Part shown: in pieces, positions 10,591 to 22,972 of the stretch
Layout of the letters: each line of letters opens with the position of its first letter
How positions within the stretch are numbered: position 1 is the stretch's first letter
Translations under genes and position numbers: made by a program
NCBI RefSeq assembly: GCF_004010195.1
Contig: NC_057727.1
Coordinates: forward strand, 11,140,704 to 11,204,703
Source of the DNA: Chiloscyllium plagiosum
Taxonomy: Eukaryota
Direction of reading: 5' to 3'
DNA: 64,000 bases
The notes under the pieces: model-generated
What the model was told of the DNA's origin: nothing
Seen by the model: the letters and a program-made list of their open reading frames with translations, nothing else
The model's database searches: none

Positions 10591-12382
10591 GGGGTGACCA
10601 GGTGTTGGTGTAGGTGTTGTTGAGGTTGACTGAGACTCCAGAAGAATTTCTGCTCCTTGAAAAGTGTGCCAACACTTGAATGGGACTGTTGATTTAATGT
10701 GTAATCTGAAAGACAACTAACTTTTCAGCTGTACACTGATAGTCAGCTGTATTAGATCCACAGGTCATGATGTACTGCTTGGATTTACAACTTTCTGGCA
10801 GTAGCAGTAATAGATATAAAGTAAATTAACACATCGGTCAGCTGGTCGCTTTCAGGATCTCTCCTATCATTCACATAATGCAATCAGAAATAAAAATGTG
10901 TAGTTGCCAATTTTCACCTTTCAAATGTGATATTTTGTGAATTGGCTACAATTATGGACAATGTAGTTTTAACGGAGAGAAAAAAATGTTAGGAGGAGTC
11001 CTGACTACTACTATGCATATGCCAAGTGACTGATGTCTAGGTAGCACTGTGTATTTGAGCCAGATTGTCTCGCCTTTTCACTTACTGAATAAATTGTAGA
11101 AAAAAATTTTTGATATATTCAAATAAATGTCAAAACAATTTCTCAACCTGCTTAGGAACATTTAATTAAATGTTCAGCAAATCTCCATCTACCCTCTGAC
11201 TCATTTTGGCTCTGTAATTAAACCATCTATACCAAGGTCATCTCCAGGGAAACAGTAGAAGATCTTGCATTAGCTTCAGTTGAGAGAGATTGATTAAAGT
11301 TGACTGTCGTTTTCTTCCCAAGTTGTTTTCCAATGACCCAGTCCTGCAAAGTGGATTAGTGTGGAATATGAATTGGAGGTTGACAGCTGAAAAATGTTGA
11401 ACTTACTGACTTTTAATAACAGCTTTTAAGAAAAATGAAAGGATGAACTTGAATATCTAAATATGGATATTTTTTAGATCTTTTTTAATAGTCTAAATAG
11501 TGCCTTTGGAATGGTATCTCAGGCTGAAGTTTGCCAGGAAATCATGAGATGGGTAAGAAATGGGCCTGGAAAGAGGATAGAATTTACTGTAATTCATTTT
11601 AGTTGAATTCAGAAAGCATGATGGCATTTTGGTTTTAGTTTAGTTTCCATGAGGGAAAAAGAATGATTGTGACTTTAACTTTTGTAAAGCTGCAAGATGA
11701 GAGCAGTATTTAAGATCTTCTAAAGATTTGAAGGACAAAGGAACACATTAAAGACAGCTGCTTTTTTGAACTGAGAAGAGAGAGAGAAACATATTTGAGA
11801 TTTAAAATCTGCCATTTTCATATTTCCAAGGAGACTGAACCAGAAGTGGTTCAAAGAAGACTTTGATGAAAAATTAGTCCTTCAGTCACTGGAAGAATAG
11901 AGTTTTTACTTGAACTACTTGAGGCAAGATAGTTACTTTTTGGCAACTTTCTGTGCATTAATCTGACATTGGTTGAAACATGAAACAAATTCAAACTTGG
12001 AGTCATGTGGAAAAGCTGACAGATTCTAAAAAAAATTATTTTAAAAAGTCATGAGATGTATGGGTATGTAGGTAAGGGAAAACTGTTTCTCTTGGTATAA
12101 AGATCAAGAGCAAGAGAGTGCAAGTTTAAGGTAACTGGCAAAAGAAGCAATGGCAATATGTGCAACAAGTGGTTGAGATTTCAAAGTTACTCATTCATTG
12201 GATGTGGGCATTGTTGGCTAGGCCAGCATTTATGGCCTCTCCTTAGTTGCCGTTAAGGTGCTGGTGAATTGCCTCTTTGAACATCTGTCCATTTGCTGTA
12301 GGTATACACAACAAATGTGGAGGAAAGATGGGGGATGGATAGATAGTGATGATTATTATATAGGGAAAATAGATACATTATA

Positions 12383-12555
12383 ATACAGACGGTCTGTGGG
12401 TTGCGAACGGGTTCTGTGCACAAGTCAGAACACAGTCCAGACAGTATAAAACAGCCGTTCATAAGTACAGATGGTTGTATTTTGGATATTTAAAATTACA
12501 TCCTTGTATAGGATTACATTTATAAGTTGAATGTCTGTAAACTGGTGATCCATAC
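12383..12555. mobile_element. Possible degenerate Tigger/pogo-like MITE
   Basis: TIR-like ends tacagacggtctgtgggttgcgaac ... gtctgtaaactggtgatccata, recognised by resemblance only. Confidence 0.35.
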
Positions 12556-12627
12556 TTAATACAGCTCTCATTAGTGATGCTGTTACGAAATTTTTGTGGT
12601 TGCCTCTGCCTTTTGAAACAAAATCAA

Positions 12628-12945
12628 GGCGGCACGGTGGCACAGTGGTTAGCACTGCTGCCTCACAGCGCCAGAGACCCGGGTTCAATTCCCGCCTCAG
12701 GCGACTGGCTGTGTGGAGTTTCCACATTCTCCCCGTGTCTGCGTGGGTTTCCTCCGGGTGCTCCGGTTTCCTCCCACAGTCCAAAAATGTGCAGGGTCAG
12801 GTGAATTGTCCACGCTAAATTGCCCGTAGTGTTAGGTAAGGGGTAAATGTAGGGGTATGGGTGGGTTTCGCTTCGGCGGGTCGGTGTGGACTTGTTGGGC
12901 CGAAGGGCCTGTTTCCACACTGTAATCTAATCTAATCTAATCTAA
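12628..12945 (+). mobile_element. Full-length young HE1-type V-SINE
   Basis: ggcggcacggtggcacagtggttagcactgctgcctcacagcgccagagacccgggttcaattccc (A and B boxes), V-domain, CR1-derived tail, (taatc)n end; CpGs intact. Confidence 0.92.
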
Positions 12946-13510
12946 AAAGTACATTTGAACAGAAATAGCTGAAGCAAAATTTGTTTGTGATTGGGTGTAT
13001 CAGAATAGGGGTGATGCGTTTATGTAATATAAGGTTGAAATCAGGACACACTTTCCCAGCAAGTCTATAACAGAAATCCAAAACGTGTTTCTTTCCTCAC
13101 CCCCCCTCATCTCTCCAAATGAAAGGCTGGGGCTGCTAAGCCAATCATTGCTTTTGAGACTGAGATGTATAGGATTTTTTTTGTGTAAGGGTATTGAAGG
13201 ATATGGATCAAAAGCAAGGTAAATGCTGCTGCAGGTACAGATTGATCATAATTTATGGAATGGCAGAACAGACTTCAGGGACTGGTCTCATGATATGTGA
13301 CAAAGTAATTATTTGTAAAGCGGTTTGGAACATTGAGGATTTTGAGAGGCAGGTTTGTACATTCATTTTTGTTTTCTTGTCTGCATTATTTCTAATATCA
13401 ATATCGGACTCTCTGCCTTATTCTAAACAAACTGACTGACTGAAATTCATTGCCAAGACATTTGGAATGTATAATGTAAGTTAAATTTTCACTTTCCTTA
13501 TCAAGATGTC

Positions 13511-13820
13511 ATAGAATCCCTACAATGTCAAAACAGGCCATTTGGCCCAGCCAGTCCACACCGACCCTCCAAAGAGTATCCCACCCAGACTCAATCCCCT
13601 ATCCTATTAATGCATCTAACCTACACATCCCTGAATACTATGGGCAATTTGGCATGGCCAGTTCATCTAACCTGCATATCTTTTGGATTGTGGGAGGAAA
13701 CACAAGCACCCGGAGGAAACGCATGCAGACATGGAGAGAATGTGTAAACTCCATACACACTCGTCCGAGGCTAGGATCGAACCTGGGTCCCTGGTGCTAT
13801 GAGGCAGCAGTGCTAACCAT
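13511..13820 (-). mobile_element. HE1-type V-SINE
   Basis: Reverse-complement similarity to 12628-12945. Confidence 0.85.
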
Positions 13821-13984
13821 AAAACAAATCATTGAACTTGTTTGAGGTGGTGCAGTGTAAGTGAGGTTCAAAGAATTGTGACACGGGGACTGGACAGTTG
13901 TACAGTCATTTTTTTTTTTCAAGTTATTTTTAATTAAACCAAAAATGTCCACAAACTATTAAGGATCCCGTGCAGAATATGATA

Positions 13985-14330
13985 ACTTTGAGCCTGTCAC
14001 AGCAAAGTAGCCCAGAGCAGTTTTTGAGCTCAGGACCGAGACTGAGGCTCCAGAACACTGCAGGTGGTGTCTCATAATTTCTCTGCTGGTGATTCAAGCT
14101 GGTCTGTAAAATATCCTATAGCATTATTTGAGCAGAAAGTTGTCTCAAGCAACCATTACCAATCTAAAGCATAAACTAATCATTCATCTCATGATTATTT
14201 CTAAGTGAGGCAGAATGACATCTTTGTTATCAGTTTGTTGATCACTGTCTGAAGCAAGTTGTTGTTTTTAAGTAGAAAACATCATTAAAATTTTATCAGA
14301 ACTTTGATATGTGTTACATCTCTGAAATGT
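13985..14330 (+). mobile_element. Highly degenerate Deu-domain SINE
   Basis: gtaaaatatcctatagcattatttgagcagaaag...tcattcatctc... resembles the Deu core seen at 2260-2662. Confidence 0.35.
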
Positions 14331-15308
14331 GCTCATGCCAATTTGTGTATCAATGTTTTTCATTTATATTATGCCTTTAAGATACAAAGTGTCCCATTAC
14401 ACTTTAGAAATTTCAACCAGAAAATGGGTGCCAAGCCAAAGAAGAAGCTCTTACGGAAAGTGCTGAAAAACTTATGGTCTGGGTTTGAGAGTAAGAGAGT
14501 GAAATTTCTAGTCAGCTGAAGGCATGGCCAATAAAAGTGGGGAAAAGTTAGGATAAGCATTCAGGGTGATAAGAGGAATGGAATTAATGTTCATCGAATG
14601 TAAATTGTGGATTATTCAAGACTGAATATCAAATGAGCAGTTGACAGTACAGATGCCATAGAGATCAAGACATGTGGAAGAGAAGTGGAGGTGGATATTG
14701 TCAAAGTACATGGGAGCTGATACCATGCTTATAGATGGTGTCACTGAGCACTGATAGGGAGATGCTCAAGTTTAGATCCTTAGAAGCTGTGGAGCTAAAT
14801 CTTTTTGAGGTATAGTTTAATTCTATTTTGACATTCTTGTTTACAATGCAGTTTACAAGTCCTTATGGCACAGAAGAGGTCATTTGCCCATTAAGCCCAA
14901 GTTATATGTCTCTAGTGCAATCCAGTGAGTCACATTCTCTTTTATACCTTACAGTTTATTGCCCTTGAATATCCATCTGGCTCAGTAATGTGCTTTAGGA
15001 AAGGAAATCTACCATCCTTACTCTGATAGCTTATGCGTAGCTCCAGACCCATAGCAATATTTCTGACTCTGAAACGGCCCAGCAAATTATTCAGTTGAAG
15101 AGAGATGCGCAGTGAATGCGACCCTTACAGGTGATGTCCTGTTCCTGCGAATGATTTTTTTTCTTTCAGAAGAAAATATTTTCCTGAGAAGAAAAAAGTT
15201 GTCAGAGATTTCTAGGGCTGCACAGTGCATTCCAGCTGTTAAAAAATACAAATTGTGATTTTTCGTCTGTGGTGGAACAAGCTATTTGACTTTGAGCTTA
15301 TTTTACAG

Positions 15309-15363
15309 GTATTGGAGGTCAGAATGGAGGTACTCCAGACAGCTCTTCAAACTTTACCAGTTG
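15309..15363 (+). CDS. TCTA: TCTA coding exon 2
   Basis: ttttacAG|gt att gga ggt cag aat gga ggt act cca gac... = (G)IGGQNGGTPDSSSNFTS(W), vs human GLGGQNGSTPDGSTHFPSW. Donor GTatgt at 15364; 55 nt; phases fit. Confidence 0.93.
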
Positions 15364-15774
15364 GTATGTTTTTCTTTTTAAAGAAACTTTTGTAAATGTG
15401 GTACATCACACATTGTGAAATGCTGATACAATAGAACATTTTTAAAACAGCTTTGTTGTTCAATTTCTACCTTGATCTGAAAGCTAATTTTGCTAAAGAT
15501 CTCAATATGTTTGTTCACGAAGTACGCAGTTAAAGTAAATCTGCTAGTCTCAAGGTGCTATTGCATTTGGGAACTTTATCTTATGATTTGAGTGCTTTTA
15601 GTAATTGAATTCCCATTAGAGCACATTTGTAAGTTGCTGAAAAATACATACATATGAACTCTGACTCAAACCTGTTTGATGTGAATGAGGCACTAAAAGA
15701 AAAGCCCAGTTGTATTGCCCCAACTAGCTCATAAATGAAATTAGCTTTTTGATCATAGTCTGCAGATTGATTGC

Positions 15775-16870
15775 AGTAGTAGAAGTCAGAGGATCATGGT
15801 AGATGGCCGTTTGTGTGACTAAAGACTGGTGTCCAATGGCATACCACAGACATTGGTGCTGGGTCCTTTATTGTTTATGAATATTTTCCATGTTATTTAT
15901 ATGTAATGTGGGCAGGAGGATGATAAGTAAGCTTGCTAATGACACAAAGATTGGCTGGATTGTTTACTGAGAGGAAGAAGGTCTTAGGTGAAAGGAGGAC
16001 ATAGATGGATTGGTCAGACGGGCAGATCAGTGGCAAATGGAATTTAACCTTCAGTGTAGACAGAATAAGGATGTACTCAGTGAATGGCAGGATGCTAGGA
16101 AGCGATCTTGGGGTCCTTGTCCACAGATCCCTGAGGTAAAAACAATGACTGCAGGTGCTGGAAACCAGATTCTGGATTAATGGTGCTGGAAGAGCACAGC
16201 AGTTCAGGCAGCATCCGAGGAGCAGTAAAATCGACGTTTCGGGCACAGATCCCTGAAGGCAGCAGGACAAGTTAATCGGGTGGTTAAGGTGGCTTACGAG
16301 ATACTTGCCTTTATCCATTGTGACAAAAATTATACGAGCAGGGAGGTTATTTTGGAGCTGTACAGGACTTTGGTTAGGCCATGGCTGGAGCACTGTGCAC
16401 ATTTTATGAGGAAATGGGGGGAGTGCAAAGGAGGTTCACCAGGATGTTGCCTGGATGGAGTAGTTTAGTTAAGAGAGGCAGGATAAGCTGAGGTTTTCTT
16501 TATAACAGAAGGCTGAGGGGAGACCTGATTGTGGGGCATGGACAAGTTGGATAAAAACCAGCTGATCCCCGAGTTGAAGGGTCAATAAAAAGGGGATATA
16601 ATTTTAAGGTGGAAAGGCCAGAGTTTTAGAAGGAATTGGTCGAAATGTTGCCCAGAGGTTAGTGGGAATCTGGGGGATGCATAGCTTGGAGGGTAGTTGA
16701 GGCAGAAAACCTCAACCTTTTAAAAAGTATTTTTAGCCCTTGTAGTATCATAACATTTGAAAGGAGTGGGCCAAGTGCTTGAAAGTGGGAGCAATGTAAA
16801 TTTAGAATAGTTTTTTTGGTGCAGACTTGATGGTCCAAAGAGCCTCTCTACTTTATAATTCTATGAACCG
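15775..16870 (+). mobile_element. Degenerate CR1 LINE fragment
   Basis: Decayed GVPQG-like and KFA.DTK-like regions; LYRTLVRP.LEHC motif; 3' tail. Confidence 0.8.
16135..16243 (-). mobile_element. PLE family-1 3'-terminal fragment with 13-bp TSD
   Basis: Near-identical to 52031-52139; flanked by cacagatccctga at 16122-16134 and 16244-16256. Confidence 0.85.
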
Positions 16871-17333
16871 TTGACTTTCCTCACTTGTACTCTCTGCCTT
16901 AATAAACAGCCATTCGAGTGGCCAGCCCCTAGAATTTGCTAACATGCTGGATTACTATCCGCACCTGGTCTTCCAGTATTTATCATAAAGTAAATTGAGA
17001 GTTTACAGGTAAATGTTGAACTATAGTGTGTTTCATAGTGATGTCAAATTATGTTCACAACTTTGCAACAGGATCTCTTGATAGCATTGAGAGGGCTTTG
17101 CTTCCCCTACCCTAAGGATGATGGGGCCAGTTGTAGACCTGCTAAATGTGTTTGTATTGTTAATCAAGTTTTGAAAATGCCTATAATGTGGAATTTGACT
17201 GAAACCATAAGCTCTTCTTCTGGAAATCTGAAGACCAAGTGTCGTATTACATTTTTTCAGAATGCAATCCTCAACCAGTGTAAGAAAATGATTCCAATTT
17301 TGACTCCTAAAATGTTTTTAATTGTTTCTACAG

Positions 17334-17376
17334 GGACAATGCCAGTGGCGAGTCAATTAAAAGTCACAGGGAGTGA
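17334..17376 (+). CDS. TCTA: TCTA coding exon 3 (to stop)
   Basis: tttctacAG|g gac aat gcc agt ggc gag tca att aaa agt cac agg gag TGA = (W)DNASGESIKSHRE*, vs human WEMAANEPLKTHRE*. Spliced CDS is 312 nt = 103 aa. Confidence 0.92.
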
Positions 17377-20300
17377 GTGATGAAGATGTGTGAAACCTGC
17401 AGCTGAGACATGAGGTGGCTTGCTGTGTGGAGTAAAGTTATTGAGACTGTGGAATGTTCAAACTGCTGTTGGGTGCTAAATTCTACAAAATATTGTATGT
17501 TGCGCCTGATGACTTGAAATGTGCCATTGTGACTCAGTGCCGTTATTTTATTTTTCTTTCCTAATATTCTTAGGCTTTGCTGAGAATCCAGGGAAGTATA
17601 TGTTGGCACAAGTCAATTGAAAGGTACCAGCAATGAAAATGTTGATTATTTAAATGTGTTGTGCTAACGCAACTCCCCAGGATTTTGAATAGTGCTATAA
17701 AATGGATCTTATCCGTAGGAGATGAAAAGAAACAATATGATTCTATTTGGAAAGATTAAAATCAAGTAGTGATGGGTGTCATTTGATGAGCCCAGAAGTG
17801 GATTATCAAAGAACTAACAAGGTTTTCGTAGCAATGACATGATGTTCTGCAGCAGTTTGTTGAGGATATACTAATTTGAATTGGGTAACATCAGGGAAAA
17901 CAGATCCTTCTGGTAAAATGTCTACATGCCAATCTATAAATTGTTTTCATGTTGATCCCAAAGTGCAATGCGATCGTTTTGTAGACCCAAAAGAGGCATT
18001 GGTAGGAATTAAAACAGACCAGTTTGAGTTTGCTTTTGTTTTGTCCTCTGTATGCATGCAAATAATGGCAGAACCCAAGCTGATTTGTGTATAGACATGG
18101 CCAAAACAGTTCTCTGCAGCATTATCAATGATGAGAATGGGATGACCTCTGAAGGAGCTAAATAAAGTGAAGTATTAATATCTGAGGCAATTGCTCAATC
18201 TTCCTGTGAACACATATCATTAATTCTTCATGCTGGGAACGCCTTTTGGCAACTGTATGTCCTGCAGGAAGTTAATGACCTGTAACCTGTTGAGGACCTA
18301 TAACAGCTGATTTCAATTTAAGTCTTTCAATTGGTGAGAAACTGAGGACCTTATTACCAATATCCAGTAAAATAATTATTGGGTGGCATGATTCTGGTAT
18401 GCCTGTATGATGTTCTATGTTAGAATGGTGAGCTCATGTCAGTAACTTGGCCTACATAGTATAATTCTAATCTTGATTTTGCTGTTGGGAAAAATATTTT
18501 TCAGGAGAAACTTTCAAATGATGGTACCCTGTCTCTCACATGAAATATTCATGACACCTTGCTTATAGTGTATCTTGTGTACTCATTTGCCTGACTGAAC
18601 CAACTTTTCAGGCATGCTGTAAAGTGAGAGCCCAGAACGGCTGAGAGGCTGTTCATCCATTCGAATCAGGATTCCATACCTGTTGTAAAACCCAGATTTT
18701 AACTTTTAAAAGAATACTGGGTGGACCTCCCAGAGCATGCAAGTACTTTTTGACTATACCTTAAGAGGCCTCATTGATTCTCTATAAAGGGATGCCCTTT
18801 CTGGAAATGTTATTTTTTTTAAAATTCAGAAAAGCAGGAGTGCTTAACTGGCTTACAATAATGATGTAGCCCGCTACGGACCCATTTCCTGAACTGTGTA
18901 AGCCAACATACTGACAAGCTTTACTTGCCAGCTGCATGGTTTTTCACCATGGAAAACTAGTAAACTGAACTGAACCCTCTGGTACCCCCAATTTAGCTAC
19001 CGAATGTTACTGAGACCCACATTAGGGCATGGTTTGTTTCCCAACAACCATGTTAGGTGCACACTGCATGAGCAGAACCAGTATTCGTACTGTTGACTGT
19101 CACATTGCTTTTCTACAGGGAGGTAAAGCATTACCTTGGCTTTGTCAAAGGTGTTGGTTTGGATAAGTCCTTGGTTCAGCTCACCCTGTTCCACAAAGCT
19201 TAACTAACACACTTCAATCTGCTGACTGGATTATCGTGCACTTACTACTCGCTTTAACATTATGTGAATGAAATAGACTTTACATACATAATGTCTAAGA
19301 AACCTGAAATGCTAAAGTCCACAATGTACCACAGAAAAATCAACTCTAAGTGGAAAGTCAGGACAAGAACCCATAATTTAAGTTAACTTTCCATCTTAAG
19401 AAATCAGTAGGAAGTTATAGTGAAGGACATTGTCATAGCAGAAATAGATACATAATGGTAGACTCTTCATCTCCATTAATCTTGATTTTTATGTCTCTAT
19501 TTAAATTCCAAATAAATCACAAGTTGCCATTTAGTTTTCTATATTTTGGCAATCTGTCTCCATGTTTTCTTTTGCCAGGCCTCAAAACTATTGGGAATAG
19601 TGATGCAATGTTATGTAACAATATAGAAACATGGTTACCTTGCACAGAATGAATATTTAAGTCCATGCAATCTGCCAGCTGGAGTGAAGTGATATTGTAT
19701 CTTTAGTTGCTGTCATGATACATTGTGTAATTTCAAAGCAAAAATTCTTGAAGGAAAATTTTATTTTGCCGTCCATACAAAGACCATCTAAGTTGAGAGC
19801 AACTCATGAAGTGTATGCCAAGCAATTTACCTTTGTTTTTCAACAGTGTACCAAAAGAAGGACTGAAGTTTAAGATGTAAACAGGCATCTTCTGTTTGTA
19901 TATTGCTTAAAAATCTCCAGGAGCAAACAGAACCATAAGTACATTTCTAATTTTGATGTTTTAGATTCTACTTGCATTTTTATTATTCTATGTTCTTTTC
20001 AGTTAGAATCACTTTGTTTCACTGGACTTAAGTTTACAAGATAGTATTGCATTCATGAAAATAAATCATTAACTATTTATTCCTTATTCAGTAAGTGGTG
20101 GGGTTGATTATTCTGACATAATATATAGCTGGTTTTGAGGTTGAGGTACGTGAAGAGAGAGAGAGTATGTAATGAGAGTTTTTTGTCAAAAAGTTAGTTC
20201 TACAAATTTGATTTATTTGTTCTATCCAAACCTAAAGCTGAGGATTCTCTTCTCTGCTGTGTAAACTTGAGCTCTGAGGAGCACAGCCCATTTCGTTGTA

Positions 20301-22810
20301 TGATGAATTACATGGGTGCATTGACAAATTTTTTTCCTTGAGTAAAAGGCCATTAGTATCCTTGAATAGTTGTGCTTAGAGCCAGCTTTCAATAAAATGT
20401 AAGGGTTGTGTTTGAGTTCAAAAGATAATTGGTGACATGATAGTACAATAAATCTTACTTCTGAAAATTTGTTAATGACAAGTGAGTATAATTAAGCTTT
20501 TTTTTACTGTATCAGGAGTGATCCGAATTCAAAATATGGTGGAATGAAAGAGATTACATATTTTAATCCAATTTAAGTGTTCATCTACACACACAAACAC
20601 ACCAAATTATGTTGGGTTGAATTGGACATTTTATTAATTAGACCATTCAGCTCAGAACAGAAAACTACAACTCCCCAGGTTAGCAGTGTAGTTGAGCAGT
20701 TACTCTGGGTTGGAGTCATATGTTGGCCCCACTACAGAGACTACAGTCCAGAGTCTGCTGATTCTCACACCTTAAGCCAATTCTCCGTCCAACGTACCTG
20801 ATGTTACAATTTTAGTCAGCATTGTGTCAGATATTGTCTATGTTAAAAGACATGGATTCTGTATCACTGACTGTGTTCATGATAGAAAAAAATCAGCAAA
20901 AGACACACCCTTGTCTTTCTATGTCATAGTAATGGAATGTGATGGAAGAAGAGTTTTGTTTTGTTAAATAGTCATATGAAGCTATTCAGTTTTCTTCTCT
21001 AAACCCTTTTTAAAAAATTGTTTGTAATTTGTTTCATGCTTTTTTCCCTCCCTGAAACAGATGGCCTTTAGCACTTGTACTTTGCTTGATTGAGCTTGTT
21101 GAATGTTCGTCCTCACATAAATAAAAGTTGGGTGATGGTTGTGATATTCTCTCACACCATGTTTTGTACTGATCTTACTTGTAATGAATTTCTCTCACTT
21201 ATATTTTCCTATGATTTCCTAGTACAATCCCCTATCCCAGTGCCCCAGCCCAAGAGGGTCAATTATATAATACCATCACTGAGCATGCGGACTGAGGTTT
21301 TTTTTGGATTCCAAGGCTCAGTATCACAATATTATGTATTTATATTTTCTTGATGCAGGAAAGCCTCACATAGCTGCTTCGATTCATTTTCTTTCCCTTT
21401 TAAAGTTCCTTTTAGATGTTCAGTGTAACAACAAGTGCAAGGAGAAAGGTGTTTGAGACTTCTAATGAAGCCTCCATTAACTGAATGCTAGTGTGCATGC
21501 AGTCCAGGGAGACTGATTCTTATTTATTTCTCTATTTCTCTGTCTCTCTACTCTGAAAGGAAGTGCTTGGCCTCTGCTTGTCAATATTGTTTGCAGTAGC
21601 AACAAGATTAGTCACTCAATACTTGCATGTATTCTGTGATTTGCGACCATGTTGCATACGTTTCTTGGGTGTTTTCTTTCCCCCACTGGCAATACTTAAA
21701 TGCTTCAGTAAATGTTGCTGATAGAAATGGTTGAAATAAATCCAAAAGTAAATGTTCTTTTTTTTAAGACAAGTAGCCATATTTTTCAGTTTTATGCAGA
21801 ACGTTTACATGAATACAAGGATAATTTATTTGTTTACTGGTCCCCTTTGAACTGCGGCATTGATACACCATTGCTATGTTACACTTTAAAAAATAAAAGA
21901 GGAACTTTGGATTTAGACAGCAGTTTGCCAAGAGTTAGTCTCAAATCTCTAGAGTCCCTGGAATAATTGTACTGAAGTAATTTATACTCTACTGAAATGC
22001 ATTTTTCTAATATAAATATTTTGTATATATACAGTAGATTTTGTAAATCACTGTAATCCTTAAATTGGATAATCTTTGTAAACATATGCCCCTAAAGTTG
22101 ATTAACTTCTATTTATGTTGAAAATGTAAAGGTTTCCTGACTGCTGTACATCAGAAAAACTGCTATATGTGTGTATGTATATATGTATATTTATCCTTAA
22201 TTTTGTTTTGGGAGGGACGGTACTAGATAGTTTTTAATTGTATAAAAGGAGTTGCAGAAACAAAACTTGACTGTTTGTACTTTATTCTTTCGCTGAAGAT
22301 CATTTGAAGGTTACTTCTTGTACTAATTACTAAAGTGCAAAATTTCTCAACTTCCAAAATTCTAACCACCTGGCACTAAAGAGGATTTGAGTTTCTAGCT
22401 CCTTCAGTGATTTAATCATATGTTTCTGAGGCTTGCTGCACTGGATGCAAGCTGTGTAGTAGGTCTGGCTGAATCGGAGAGCTGTAGTACATTGTGTCAC
22501 TGCTTGTTTATTGAACACAACTAATTTTAAAAAACAAGAAATTGGGTCCAGTGGAAGAAGGAGCTAAGAATCTTTGGAGAGCAAAATGACACTGTAGCAG
22601 GAGGGAATTTCTTTTATCACTTAATCTCTTTATGAGCTATTTTGAACTTGGTTGAGCATGAAATACTTTTGTTTTTAAAGTCACAGAGTGTTATCTCATT
22701 GTAAAGTTATATAAGCCTTACAATTGATATTTGTTTTATTGAGATTTGCACAAATGCAAAAATACTGTCAATTTTGCTTTTTCTAATTTACTCAGGTGGC
22801 TGATTGGATG

Positions 22811-22972
22811 AAAAGTCAGAGTGTGGTGCTGGAAAAAGCCTCATTCCTGATGAAGGGCTAATGCCCGAAACGTCGACTCTCCTGCTGCTCGGATGCTGCC
22901 TGACTGGCTGTGTTTTTCCAGCATCAAACTCTTTGACTCAGATCTCCAGCATCTGCAGTCCTCACTTTCTCC
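22811..22972 (+). mobile_element. Non-autonomous PLE family-1 fragment with a short inverted 5' piece
   Basis: agtcagagtgtggtgctggaaaaa (22814-22837) is inverted to tttttccagcatcaaactctttgact. Ends gatctccagcatctgcagtcctcactttctcc; approximate TSD attggat(g/a)aaa on both sides. Confidence 0.75.
22847..22874 (+). ncRNA. Minimal hammerhead-ribozyme motif, intact core (PLE family 1)
   Basis: CTGATGA-A-GGGC-TAAT-GCCC-GAAA-C-GTC: both conserved boxes, perfect 4-bp stem II, ACGU palindrome and GUC cleavage triplet. Confidence 0.65.

Noticed and set aside
12628-12700. tRNA-like A/B-box sequences (also 3795, 4464, 43150)
   Set aside because: They are SINE heads continuing into SINE cores, not complete cloverleaf tRNA genes.
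12425-12920. Overlapping ORFs such as MDCGRKPEHPEETHADTGR
   Set aside because: Translations of the V-SINE on both strands; they recur at every copy.
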